60,000 nt of DNA. It comes from Lama glama. Lineage: Eukaryota. The position numbers were made by a program, and so were the translations under genes. Below the pieces are notes generated by a model. The model made no database searches. It was not told the origin of the DNA and worked only from the letters and a program-made list of their open reading frames with translations. The stretch spans positions 19,284,001 to 19,344,000 of the forward strand of contig CM052816.1 in NCBI GenBank assembly GCA_028534125.1, written 5' to 3'. Shown in pieces: positions 38,829 to 51,851 of this stretch. Position 1 is the stretch's first letter. Each line of letters opens with the position of its first letter.

Positions 38829-39774
38829 TGCCTGACAGTTTTGATTAATATTTAATTAAAAAGTATTTTTATTGCGTAAATCCAAAAGGACCAAGAAAAA
38901 GGAAAAGAAAACAACGGAAGAGAGATGTCAACACTATTTTGGAAGCCAGCAGGTAAATGGATGTGATACGGACAGTGGCTCCAGCATTCTGCAGTCTGTT
39001 AAGCTAAGGCAGTCTGAGCCAGCCTTCAGAAGCAAGCTGCTGTGGACAGAACCTCAGGGAGATGAGCAAGTTAGAGGTGACGGGTGACTCTGAAAGCAGA
39101 CGTGCAGCTGCAACAGAAGGTTGACAGACTGGGTAAAGTCTTTAAAGGGGGCACTTAAGAGGTCTTCCCCGATTCTCATCATCCACATAATTATTTCTCT
39201 TCCAAACTTTCAGAAGACAGTAGGTCTATCCTCTAAATTCAGGGACACCGAGCAAAACTGAGGAAAGTGGTTAGGTGCCATTCTGATGATGAAGATTCTA
39301 TGGAAATTGAAATACTAAACAGCAACATCCCCTAGTGCCCTTTCTCCTTTTGGCTCCAAGAGTTACATTTGTCGGGCTGGAATATTCCTCCTTGAAACTA
39401 ACCAGCCCATAAAAAACTCCTAAAGATGCCATTATTTGAGGGTCCGCATGCTCAGAGAACTTCCAACCAGCACGTTGGTGCCTCATCTTAAATAGGAGTC
39501 AAGAATCACCAGCCTCCAACAAAACACACAGGACAATCAAAAGGAAACAAAAGCAACCCAGAGAAAAGATACAACACAAACAGCAAAGGAAAACTCCAGA
39601 GAAAAATACCATTAATACCATCAGCGACATCAGAGAAGATAAAGCACATATAAAATAAGAATTAAAAGCTACAAAGAAGAACAAAGCAAGAGCTCTAAGA
39701 AACTAAAAATAGGAAAGCAAGAGTGAAAAATCCAATAGATGTTTGTAAGATCAAGTCGAAAATGCAGTTTAAAG

Positions 39775-40896
39775 CCACAGTTCTCCAAGTGTGGCCCTCG
39801 GATTCCTAAGGCTTCCTGCAGCCCTTTCACAGAATCCACGAAAGCAAAGTCATCTTCAGAGTAACACTTAGCCGTCACTTGCCTTTTCTACTGAGTTGAC
39901 ATTTACACTGATGGTGCAAGAGCAATTGCGGGCGAAACGCCTGGGGTCTTAACAGAAATCAAGGCGGTGGCAGCAGACAGTACTAGCAGTCACTCGTCTT
40001 CACTGCCACACACCCACAGGGAACAATAAGCACCAAGAGATCCTTCTCAAAAGTGAACAGTCATTCAATCCAGGGAAAACAACCGGTAATCGTTGTTACT
40101 AACAATAAAATTTGAGCTTTCAAGTAAAATTAGAACTTCATAAAATACATCTAGTGCTATCAGCTGGAGAGCATGCTTTTCTGCTGAGATAAGTGATATT
40201 TACAAATCAAACTGTTTGCTGTTACATACAGAAGCGTGTCAACATTTCAAAGATCTGCATAACTCAGTGCACAAATACGTGCCAATCAATGAATAAGGTT
40301 ACAAATTCAGACACAGGTAAAGTCCATTCCACGTCCAAGACAGACCAATGGATTCTAATGTAACAGAACATGAGAAGGTCAGTGATAAGCCTTCAGATTC
40401 CAATACTGAAACTAACCTTTGGGAACATACCATGGTAGAGTTCTGTTGTAATATCAAAGAAGGTATCCACAATTACCTGAAAGGGCGATTAAAAGATATT
40501 CTTCTCTTTTCCAAGTACACATCTGAATGAAACTAGACTTTCTTCATGTACTTCAGTCAGAAAACAGATCACAACAGATCAACTGAAGTAACATGTAAGA
40601 ATATAGCAATCTCTTCTAAGCCACACATTTGAAAGAATGGCAAAAATATAAAACAATGTTGCTCTTTTCACTAATCTTTTGCTTTGAAAAATATTTATAT
40701 TTTCATAAATTATGCTGTTTATGTTAACATGTAATGGGCTTAAGTATATTAACTTGTTTTAATTTCTAATATGGTAAATATCAGTAGGTATCATCTACAT
40801 AAATAAAAATTCCTTATGATTTTCAATGATTTTTAAACGTGTAATAGATACTGAGACCAAAAAGGAATCTGAAATCAAAAGGTTTGAGAACTGCTA
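39775..40896. mobile_element. Charlie1a-like hAT DNA transposon
   Basis: TIRs cagttctccaa / tttgagaactg; gttgacatttacactgatggtgcaagagcaat ... aatcaaggcggtggca matches recalled Charlie1. Confidence 0.85.
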
Positions 40897-41099
40897 TTCT
40901 AGAATGTAAAACAATGAAAAGATGGAAATGAGAAGAAAACGCTAATTTCAGGAACAGTTCAGGAGAGTCAACATTAAAAAAAAAAAAAGAATTCAAGAAA
41001 GGAAAAAAATGAATGGAGGGTAGAAATTTTTATCAAATAAGTCATATAAGGCAAATTCCTACAGCTCAAGTTTCTAGATTTAAAAGCATTCAAGTTGCA

Positions 41100-41240
41100 G
41101 GGGGAGGGGTATAACTCCATGGTACAGTGCATGCTTAGCATCCACAAGGTCCTGGGTTCAATCCCCAGAACCTCCATCAAAATAAATAAATACGTAAATC
41201 TAAGTACCTCCCCACCCCACCACCACCAAAAGAAAAAGAA
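41100..41240 (+). mobile_element. Camelid-type tRNA-derived SINE (vic-1-like)
   Basis: ggggaggggtataactccatggtacagtgcatgcttagcatccacaaggtcctgggttcaatccccagaacctcc plus A-rich tail; TSD aaaagcattcaagt (41082-41095) / aaaagtatccaagt (41241-41254). Confidence 0.9.
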
Positions 41241-43369
41241 AAAAGTATCCAAGTGCCCAAAACAATGTATTTTTTAATTCATATTAAGCAATGGAAATGT
41301 GACATTTCAGTACCAAAGCGATAATGGGATGATTCTCAAAGCTTCTGAGTAGGGGGAAGGGGAGGAGAAGGAAGTAGTGGTGTGGGAACAGCCACCTTCT
41401 AAGGATGGGGACACAAAATAGCACCTGACTTCTCAAGAGCAACACAGGACACTAGAGGACAGTGGAACATGACCTCCAAGTTTCTAATGAAAAATAATTT
41501 CAACCTAGAATTTTATATGCAGCCAAACTACTCATCAAGTATACAAGTCAAAGATATTTTCCGACATGCAAAGCCTCACTTTTTTGGCCTCCCATGAAGG
41601 TGTGCTCCTTGAAAGTGAGACAGTGAATGGATAAAGAGAAAGGCATTGAACTCAGGAGCCAGGTGATCCAGCAGGAGTCCCTGCACCACAGAGAATGATG
41701 GATCAGATCAGCTGCGGTGCCTAGAGAGCAACTATCCAGACAGAAGGAAAAACAGAACACAGATCAACTGATGCATGTGAACATATTCAGAAAATATTTA
41801 GAATTTAGTCAGAGAATTAGAGGATCAATAGTAATCGAAAGCCAAGCAAATGAAAAAGTAGGTCGGTTACTATGTAACTAATTTCAAGAAAACAAAAAAC
41901 TTACCAGGAGCAAAGTGATCACAGTACGTATGTGGATATTTACACCACAGTGGGCATGGACACCATCACAATTTGGCTGCTGCCATGTCGTGGAAAAACT
42001 GGGGAAGGGCAAGTGAATGTGCAGAAGAGAATCGGAACAGGACAACTTTTAGCCCCCATTTTCTGTAACTGAAAATCAAAAATACTAACTAAAACAGAAA
42101 AAGTTAAGGAAAAGGTAATAGCAGCACATTATCCAGAAATACGGTAACTACCAAAAGACACAACTCAAAGAATTTAAAACAGTAACCACCAGAAGGCAGA
42201 AACCAGGGGTGGGAGGCAGGGAGCAGGCAGGGAGCTGCTTTTCATTATAAGCTTATTACTGCCTGGCTATGAATACGTATTCCTTTGATAAAAATAAAAG
42301 TTAAACTAAACAATTACCCCGGCACCAGAAGAGCCCATCTCCCCTCTTAGGTCTCATTCAGAAACATTCCTTGAATCTTTATTTGCCTCTACCCCATAAC
42401 CATGGGCCAGCCGGTCATGAGAAGCAAGCATGGCATGATCTGGGGCTGTGAGAAGCTCGGCTCCCTCTATGCAAAGAGATCCCCTCACTCTCCTGTGGCA
42501 AATACCAAAGCCACCCCAACAAGCCCCGTCATCTTCACCACCATCCACTGGATCTTAATACAGGCCTGGCTCACAGAAAGGGCCTTCCGAGCACGCCATC
42601 ACCCAGTAAGCTACACACTCTTTTCAACCTCCTCTTTCTAGGTGAAACTGATGCTCAGACAGGCTAAGCGTGACCTACCCCTAGGGTTAGTAAACTGCAG
42701 AAGGACATGCGACTCTAGGTGCTCAGCGTGTCCCTCAAACCCACGTGGTACTTCCAAGCTAACCCTTCCTTGCCCCTCGCCCATGAGGCTTCTGCACCCC
42801 TACCCTCAAAACTCTGAGGGTCACCTACTCTCCTCAGGACAGTTTCACAGTCTACCCAGCAGCTCAGTAATTCATTTGGGGAACGTGGAGACATTGTCCC
42901 ACTGGGGCCTCTTGACTGTGAGAGGGGAGGAGGCAGGAGAGGCATTATCACACCTCATCTGATAGAGGAGGAAACTGAGACGGGAGGTGGGGGGAGGGAC
43001 TTGCCTGAAGTCACATGACAGGAACCCAGGTGGCCTGCCTCGCCTCTTTGTCAGGAGGAGGAACTGCTCATGGGCCCCCAATCCAGATTTGTGTTTACTC
43101 TTCAGTGAAAAACTGTTTTGCAAGTGGATGCAAAACAGACACTGATGAGCGGTGCACTGTCAAGAGGAGAGGTCAGAGCACAGTGGGGCTTGGCTGAAGG
43201 CATGGGGATAGCGGGGCTGAGGTCCGGGCACCAAGATATTCAGGAGTCTCCGGAAGCCCAAGAGGGCAGAGACATACCTGGGTGTCAAAGTGACCCACAA
43301 ACTTGAAGGGAAACACTTGGCTTCCCAGAGGGATCAGAGCTGTTGTTGGGGAGCTAAGTAGAGCAAAGT

Positions 43370-43438
43370 GGAGCTAAGCCACCTACCATCCTGGCCGAGT
43401 TCACACTCAGCCCCGCCTCCGGGACTTACGGTCCAAGG
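43370..43438 (+). repeat. Dispersed direct repeat, copy 1
   Basis: ggagctaagccacctaccatcctggccgagttcacactcagccccgcctccgggacttacggtccaag; near-identical copy at 44451. Confidence 0.9.
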
Positions 43439-43891
43439 ACATGGGGAGGGCATAGAGGACGATCAGCATCCCCAGGGCAAGTACTACACCATCTCTCCTC
43501 CAGCTCCCAACAGGGCAGCCTAACTGAGCACAAGGAAGTGTTCCCCCCAAATCTGTTAGATTGAACTATGCTAGAAACATCCAGCCCAAGTCTTTCCTCA
43601 TGCTGAAGACAGCTCATACATAGGGCTGGGCATAGAGCGGACACTGGTGAATACCTGCTGAAAGAATCTGTAAACCCACAAAGCCAGTAGCAGCTCTGTA
43701 TAGCGGCAACCTGGCTCTGCCAACAATACGGGAGGTTCTGGCTTCTTTCTAAAAACAAGGAAATGGTACCACAGATACCCAGGAGTCTTCTTTCACTTAT
43801 CAAAGGCATAAATCTTAAGCTCCCAGACCCCAGGAAGTTTATAAAGAATCCACCATCTCCCACCAAAGCCAACATCCTTCTCTCTCTAGAT

Positions 43892-44084
43892 CAGTGCTCC
43901 TCAAAGTGTGGTCCCTCAAGTTAACACCAACAGCATCACATGAGAACTTGTTAAAAACGCAGATTTCCAGGACGCACCCCAGACCCAACAAATCAGAAGC
44001 TCTGAAGGTGAGTGGGGCCCAGAAATCTTTTTTTTAATCAAGCTCTGGGGGTGACTCTGACTCAAGCTAGTTTGAGAACCGCTG
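43892..44084. mobile_element. MER5A hAT-Charlie MITE, full length
   Basis: TIRs cagtgctcctcaaa / tttgagaaccgctg; 8-bp TSD ctctagat (43884-43891) / ctctggac (44085-44092). Confidence 0.9.
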
Positions 44085-44450
44085 CTCTGGACAAAATCTC
44101 CCCAATTAAAACTCCTGTACAAAGCAGGCTTCTTCCTCTGAACCAGAAAAACATAGCCGATGTCACAGATCACTCATAATTAACCTCAGGTTCCTCTCAA
44201 ATCATTCATTCAGCATCTGTTCTACGTTTTCCGCCATACACCTACAGGGATACGTCAGGGTATATAATTATAGAAGAAAAGGGGTAGAATATAAATTAGC
44301 TCATAACTTATTACAATTGCACACCTGTATGTTTGTGTGTGTGGTTCCTCACCTTCTCCCTAAGATCCTCTCACCTCCCTGAGAACACGGCTCAGTTAGC
44401 TTTGCCTGGATTTTGCCCACAGGGTTGTTCAGACCACTCTCAGTGAGCCA

Positions 44451-44519
44451 GGAGCTAAGCCAGCCACCATCCTGGCCGAGTTCACACTCAGTCCAGCCTC
44501 TGGGACTTTTCAGTCCAAG
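44451..44519 (+). repeat. Dispersed direct repeat, copy 2
   Basis: ggagctaagccagccaccatcctggccgagttcacactcagtccagcctctgggacttttcagtccaag. Confidence 0.9.
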
Positions 44520-45984
44520 ATTTGTGCGAAAATCCCCCAAGGACCCACGATCCCTCCTTCCTGAACCTTTCCTGCTTCCTTCTTTGCCCTCTTCCTGCTC
44601 AGTAAGAACCATATCACATAGGCTATGAAATGTACACACTTCAGCACATTTCTCTGCCCTGCTATCACCCAGTGCCTCTCATTGGGCCTCCACATCTGGC
44701 TCCTCCCTCTCCTTCTCCCTGACTAACCTCACCCCATCAGCTTGAAGACGCTCATGGCTCCGGGTGCCTCACTGCTCAGGGTGTGGCGCTGTGTTTCCCT
44801 GTTCCCATGTCACACATGCATCAGGGCCCATGGGAATCTAAGGACAAGTCAGCCCCGCCCATGTATTCCAGCGGGATCCCCCTAGGAGCATGTCACAGAC
44901 AAGCCCAGCTGGAGACCTGGGCCTGCAACATGGACCCCTCTGAAAGCCTCATGAAAGCATTCCAGGATGTAATAAACCCGTCGGGCCTTGGCTAATTTAT
45001 ATCTAAGTGGATGATTTCCCATTTTTCAGAATGTAAATGTTTAGATTGCAGCATTCCCCTGCTTCGGCATCCGGGGTCCTGGCACGTAAGTGATGAAATC
45101 AGCCCGCTTTTCCACAGGGATCCTTAGATGGAAGAGCCACAGTGCCAGCATCCTCCAACCGGGAAGAACTTCCTGCTCTCAACCCCTACGTGTGCAAACC
45201 CCACCCCAAGGGCAGTACCCCAGCACTTGCTTAGAGTCTTGAAGTCTCACTCTTGCTTTTATAGGGAGTGGGAGGGGAAACAGAGCTTTCAAAGGCAGGA
45301 CCTCAGAGCTGAGGGAGCAACTCAGATTAGCTAGGTATTCCAAGATAGCATTCCTTTTTATACTCCTTCCCAAAACGTTTCTCATTTGCTCAGGCCTCAG
45401 ACACATTTTATTAGATCTTTTCATTGTATAAACAGGCAAGAGAAGTAGATTAGTGGGAATAAATATAACACAACAATCCAAGGGAACAGTCCAGTTTAGC
45501 TGACCAAGCCCCAAGCATCCCACTGCCCTTTCTGTCCAGGGCCATGTGCATGAACCCCTGAGACCCTGCCAGCCAACACTCTGGGTGGTCCATCAGCAAG
45601 GGCAGTCCCCAGCAAAGAGACACCCAATCAAGAAAGCCTAGGGAACCACTAATGTTTCCATGGGTTATAGACACAGAACAACCAGCTCCCCAAAACCAAG
45701 GGGACTCCAGGCAACAGCCCCTATGATAAACTATTGGCATCCAAGGACTTCAATTAGTTCAACCAAACATACCCATCATCCCCATGCCATGTTCCACAGA
45801 CAGGCATCAATTAAGTGCGAGTCCTACAAGTCACCAGCAGTTTCCTCACTGGCAAAGTGAAGCTGAGAATGTCTGACTCTCCCCACCCTGCAAGGAATGA
45901 TGTAAGAAGTCCTGTAGGGAGACCTAGAAAGAAAGCTGCTTCACCCAACCAAGAAGGCAGCAGAATGCTGCACCTCAGAGCACT

Positions 45985-46150
45985 AGCTCTGACGTGAGTC
46001 ACACTGCCTAGTTCCAGTTCACAACCTCCTGGCTGTGTGTCTTTGGGCAGGTCACTTCACCTCTCTGAGCCTCAGCTGCTTTTCCAATAAGGTGGAGGTG
46101 ATATAGTATCAATCTCCTAGGTTGCTACTGACCGTTAACATGGATTGAGT
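45985..46150 (+). mobile_element. MIR SINE
   Basis: ctggctgtgtgtctttgggcaggtcacttcacctctctgagcctcag. Confidence 0.85.
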
Positions 46151-47489
46151 ATTGACTGTCCTAAACCCGGGGGCAGCCAGGTGAGGATACCTGAGCGTAG
46201 ACTGTTGACCTGGCTGAAGGGTCCACTCCCTTGAGTTCACACTGGCTGTTCAGTGGCAGACAGCACTCAGGTAGCATTTGTGAGAATGAGTTCCAACAGG
46301 AGAGACCTGTGGAGAATGGCTGGGGAAAGGCAGCCATGAGCCAGACTTGCCCCTGTGTACAGGGGGACTCTGACCCACCCAGAGGGCCAGGACTCAGCCT
46401 GTGGCTCTCCACTGGAGCCACACCACCCCGCCTCAGAAACAGCAGTGGATGGCTGGTGTCATCACGAGAGCCTGCCCCTAGTGAAACAGGACCCATGGGG
46501 TAAAGAGGAGTCAAGCCCGTTTGGGGCTCCCCCTTGCAGTCATGGTGCCTGAGCTTCACCAAGTCACCCAAGGACAAGGTTTTCAGGCAAATGCTCAAAA
46601 GTGAGCTCAAGTTCCGTCCCAGCTTTGCCCGAGGTCTGAAGCTCAGGGGAAGCTCAGGGCTCCACATCACCTCTGCAGGAGGCCAAATCCAACATCCCCT
46701 TCAGCCCTGGAGGCTGGCCAGGGCGCCAAGGGGCCTCCTCCTGCCTCAGGCCTCCACAAACCAAGCCTTGTCCAGCTTCCTGTTCAGCCCCATTTCCCTT
46801 CCTGGTCTGGGCCGAGGGGACCAAGCTGTGAGGATTAGCAAGGACCCCCACCCCCAGCCCAGTCACTGGCAGAAAGTTCGTGCTTCCTCCCTTGGCTTGC
46901 CATGTGACCTCCCCGACACTTCCAGGCCAATCTTGACCATGCAGCAAAAGCCTTCCCTGGCCCACCATTGGGCAGCCTGGCTAGAGGTTTTATTCTGTTA
47001 ATTTTCATCCTGATAATTGGAAGCAGCTCTCCCTGGTGCTCCTGTAGGATTTAATGAGCTACATAACGTCACATTTCCCACGGAGGCAGTTTAAACCTTC
47101 ATTTCACCCCAGGGATGCTGCCACTCCATCCTGCCTCATGGATACCAACCTGCCCGGGCTGGGCCCCAGGCCGTGCACATAGCCAGCATCCTCCCCTCCC
47201 CAGGGTCCAGCTTTCTCAGAGTAGGGCCAGGAGCTCCAGCCTCCACAGGGGCCTCTGCCAAAGCCATTGGCAGAAAGCAGAGTAGAATCCTCTTTGGACC
47301 CACGTCCACATTATAGGCACATAAAGACCTTTATTACCCATAAAGCAAAATTCCTGCAAAGCCTTTCCATCTCGACATGCCACATGTAATAAAATGACAG
47401 CTGCTCACACACGGCCCTTACGCGTGCCAGGGTCTACCCACACACACTGCAACCAGGGGACACCCATACCCACCTGACCTATGTATACA

Positions 47490-47870
47490 TGGGAGTTCAA
47501 ATCCCACCCCTGGCACCTACCAGCTGAGTAGTATGGGCCCATCACTTCACCTCATCAAGCCTTATCTCCCTCCCTCTGAAACATGGAGCAGCAATAGCAC
47601 CAAACTCACCTGACTGTTGTGAAATCCAGTTTGCATTTTATTCATTCACCCAATTATTGAACAAATATCTGATCCCCTACCCTGTGTCAGGCTTGTTCTG
47701 GGTGTAGGAGATACAACACTAATCAGATCCATCCAAGCCCTCAGGGTGCTTCCATTCCACCAGCATGTATGGAGTGAACTTAACCTTCAGATAATGCAGT
47801 GTCTCAAAAACATAATGAGATGGAGCCATGGGAGCACTGGGTGCTAATTCAGACCAAGGATTAGGGAGAG
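47490..47870. mobile_element. MIR (+) followed by L2 3' end (-)
   Basis: ggagttcaaatcccacccctggcacctaccagctg; then tttattcattcacccaattattgaacaaatatctga ... tgtgtcaggcttgttctgggtg. Confidence 0.7.
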
Positions 47871-50800
47871 ACCAGCTCACGTGTGTGAGCCCCATAGAGC
47901 TACAAAATGCGTCTCCTGTAATATTACACCAAACTGATACACTAAGAGTTATACATTATAATTGCTTCTAGTGTATTATCCTGCAGTATTATCCTGCATC
48001 ACAGCTCAGCTGGGCTCACGAATCGTGAGGTCCCTGCAAAACCCAAAAGCTCAGGCAGCCTCACACGAGATGCCAGAATCTCTGGGACTTTGCTGCTGCT
48101 ACTGCATTTTCAGGGATGATTTCTAAGGGACTCAGCTTAGAGATTAATTACACCCCTCCTGTCCCCACCTCAGCCACCCAAGTCTGCTTGCCCCTCCTCA
48201 GACTGAGTCTGTATGACAGCCCACCACCAAATGAGAGCCAGGACCTTGTCTGTCCTGCGCAGTGACAAGCACCCAGCAATGCTCTCATTGGGTGAAGGAA
48301 CCAAGCAGGCCTCAGGAGATGCTGAAGGGCTGTCCAGCCCCAAAGCAGACCCACCCTACACACCGGGTCAGAAGGAAGGAATCCCATTTTGTCCAAATTA
48401 ACCATAACGCTCGGATAGGGCAAGAGACTCCTCCAACACCTCTCCGTTTCCTGCTCTGCCAGGATGGTCACTCACCTCAGTAACCAGCCCAGACAGCTCT
48501 TCATCTCCCCACACCTCAGCAACCAGGATGATGGGCCAGATCCACTAACCCCATCCAGCAGCCGAGGCCACAGAGGGGCAGTGAGGTCACCCAGAGGTCG
48601 CACTGGTATGCAGCTTATCCTGAAGGAGGAGCCTTGACCAATCCAGGGCTAACCTTCTGCAGGGCCAGACAGGTCTATCAAGACCAGAGTGTGTGACTGG
48701 CCTTCTACTGCGTGCTTGGCCTGAGGCTGGGCAGCTCAGCTGGCACACAGGGTCAGAGCAGCACCAGCCCTGCCATCAAGGGAGAAGAGACACATGCCTT
48801 CGTTCTGCAAACATCCACCGCACACGTCCTAGATGGCTATCACATGGTCTCCTCTGCGGGGAGCAGCTGTGCACAGCATGGGTCTGCTGCAAGCACACTG
48901 AGCAAGCACATGCTACACAGGCAGAGAGAGAGGCACTGTTGGGGGGCAGCTGGGGGGAGGGAGGAGGAAAACCCAGTAAAGGTTGAGTCAGGAAACAGAG
49001 ATTCTGCAGCCGAGGTCTAATACTGCTGACGAGGGCTGAGCCGGGTGATGCGAGTCAGGACATCAGCGTCCAACAGTAGCTCAGAGTGAACAGTCAGGGA
49101 CAACACCGTGAGATGGGAGAGGCCTTTCCTGAAGCCACAGGCAGGAGAACTGAGTCCCAAGGACCAAGAACAGCAGCCTCCCCATAGTGCTGGAGGCACA
49201 TGGCTCATAGAAGCACTCAGCCAAATCCTCCCTGTTATATACAAACAACCTGCCGTCCTGGGATGCCTCTTCCTCCTCCTACCCTGGGGACCACTCACAA
49301 ACCCAGAGCCAGGTATAGGACCATCTATCTGCCAAGGAGTCTCCAGCTGCCAGGGTACCCTGAGCCCTTTGAGGACAGGGTGGTGCTCAGGAAACCCCAC
49401 CAGGACACAGGAAGGTGGAGTCTCCAGAGGCCGTGGGGTCAGCAAGGGCACAGCCCCACCCAGGTTGCCCAACCTGCTGCAGAGGACATGGAACAAGGGT
49501 TTTCACACCCTGCATGGGCCAGGCACCCCTCCTCTCCCATCTCCAGTGCTCCGGGCAGGTTGACAAAGCTGCTCAGCCCCACCTTTCAGTGAGGTCAGGG
49601 CATGAGCACCCATCAGGGCTGGAACCCTTGGACCACACCCTCATCACCTGGGAAACACCTGGGGCCCTAACACTTCAACTCAGCCCCTTGACAGCTACCT
49701 GATGTCACATCTACTCCAGATCCCTGTCTGCAGGGACAGTAGAATCTCTGATGGGGAGCTAGAAAATCTAATGCTTCCACCTCCCTTCTGGAATGGAATG
49801 GGGTGGGCATAACACTATCTCTGCTCACACACCCCCAGACATGAGAAGTGGCCCCAAAGTGGCTGGGCCTCTAAATGGCCACTCTGATAGAAATTTCCTC
49901 CTCTGAGTGAGCTGACACCTGTCTGTCTATAACCCCCTTAATACAGCCTCAGTCCTGCTCACCGAGTGCACGCAGTCAGACAGCCTCCTCTTTTAGCTGA
50001 GAGCCTGTTGGCTATCTAAAGATGCGGCCCTTCATCATCAATAATCACTGACAGGGCAGTGGCCATGTGCCAGGCGGCAAGAGAGGAGATAGCGAAGTAA
50101 GATACGAGCCCTGTCCTGCCATCTGGTTTGGGGAGGAAGCCGGCAAGGAGGTAACTCGGTCAGAGATAAGCACTCCCACAGAGGTGAGCCCAGAACCGAG
50201 GGAACACACGGAGGAGGTGCTGCCAACCTTCAATAGTTAAAGAAGGCTTCACAGAGGAGCCCATGCTCAGAGTAGACTTCAAGTCACTGGAGGAAGTCAC
50301 TGTGTGGGGAAAAAGCACCCAGGTAGAGAAACGAGCAGGAACCCAGCAAGGCCCAGGGGCTGGTAGGTTATGAGAAATACAAACACCAGAGGCCAGACCA
50401 AGGAGCCTCCTCCCTACTCCCACCCACACTGAGTCACCTGCTCCAAGCTCCGAGCCCTCTCCAGGGCTCCTAGCTTCTCTCAGCTTCCTGAGCAGCAAAG
50501 GATCCTCTAGGGTCAAGAGCTTGCAAATCTGGCCCTGGTGGTACCCAGCATTCATTCATTCATTCACTCTCTCACACACACGTAACACTCCACCTCTCAC
50601 CTGCTAGAACAGACATGGGGCTCGACTTTGCAGCCTGGGAGGCTGGTCCAGCCACTCAGGCCTCCACACGCAGCTCACTGGACTGGTGCGAAGAGAATGG
50701 AGATAGATGGCAGGGGATGTCCCAAGTTACCATCCCAGTAACTCTTCCTTCCACGAGAAACCGTGGCACTTCCTCTGCTCCTCGTACATACAGAGGGAAG

Positions 50801-51094
50801 ACAGGGCACCACAGCTCCTGCCCTTGGAGAGCTCACAGTCTTCACCTGGATTCTAAAAAGGCAGCCCCCCTCAACCACGACACCTCCTTACTGGAGCTCA
50901 TTCACTCAACAAATATTCATCAAGCTCCCTCTCCACTATCAGCACTGAACAAGTATATTCAAAAGTTTCCACCCTTAGGTCTCTGCCGTGAATCCTTGCC
51001 CCTCATACCTACCAATCCAAGGACTCATGGAACATGTATGGGCCTGCACCCCCAGCCAGCACCATGGTACACACCGGCTACACAGATATCAACC

Positions 51095-51440
51095 TGAGTG
51101 CTGGGGTCCTGGCCTTCATGAAGCTGACTTTCCATAGGGGGAGACAAATCATAAACAAGTAAACAAACATGCTAAGTGCTATGAAGATAAATACCATAAT
51201 GTATAACACGAGAGTGAGGGTGGGAAGCACCTTAGGTTGGGTGTCAGGAAAAACCTCCCAGAGAGGTGATGTTTGAGCTGAGACCTGAATGACATGGAGA
51301 TTTTCCAAGCAAAAATCTGGGGAAATAGTGCTTCCATCAGAGGAAACAGCAAGTGCAAAGGCCCTGAGGTGGGAGTAAGTGTGGCTTGTTCCAGTGACAG
51401 AAAGGCCAGTGCTGTTGGTGCCTAGTGAAAAAGAAGGCAC
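51095..51440 (-). mobile_element. L2 fragment
   Basis: gtcaggaaaaacctcccagagaggtgatgtttgagctgagacctgaatgac ... cagaggaaacagcaagtgcaaaggccctgaggtgggag. Confidence 0.85.
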
Positions 51441-51532
51441 TGTGAAAAGCCCTTTGCTACCTTTATAAGCTCTTAGGTTTAGATTCTAGGATAGGCATAG
51501 GGTTTTTTCCTTCACCTTTCCCTTCTACTACC

Positions 51533-51851
51533 ATCAGGATGGGCTGGGTTATGCTGCAGTAACAACCATCCCCAAGGCCTCACACCCACACAAGGTTATT
51601 TTTTTCTTTTACACTACAGACACACTGCAGGTCAGCTGGGGTCTCTGTCCCACCTTCTCTTCATTCTGGGGCCTGAGTACACAGATGAGCCACTCTCTGG
51701 AATCCTGTGCCAGAAGGAAAGAAAACGAAAGGCTAATCACAGGCCAGGTTTTGACATGGCCACACTTAACATTAGGGGACAGGGAGGCTCAGTCCCACCA
51801 AGTGGCCAGGAGAACCAGAAACACCTGGGAGGCAGGATCAGTGACTACCAT
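51533..51851 (-). mobile_element. MLT1K/J-like ERVL-MaLR LTR remnant
   Basis: tcaggatgggctgggttatgctgcagtaacaacc ... acatggccacacttaac ... gtgactacca. Confidence 0.7.

Larger units (their letters stand above)
38860..42305 (+). mobile_element. HAL1/ancient L1ME-like element, interrupted by Charlie1a and a SINE
   Basis: A-rich ORF1-like tracts (gacttctcaagagcaacac, aataatttcaacctagaattttatatgcagccaaacta) on both sides of the Charlie insertion; old-L1-type 3' end ttttcattataagc ... ctttgataaaaataaaa. Confidence 0.65.

Noticed and set aside
41100..41180. tRNA-like A/B boxes (also 27285-27359)
   Set aside because: SINE heads with A-rich tails and TSDs, not functional tRNA genes
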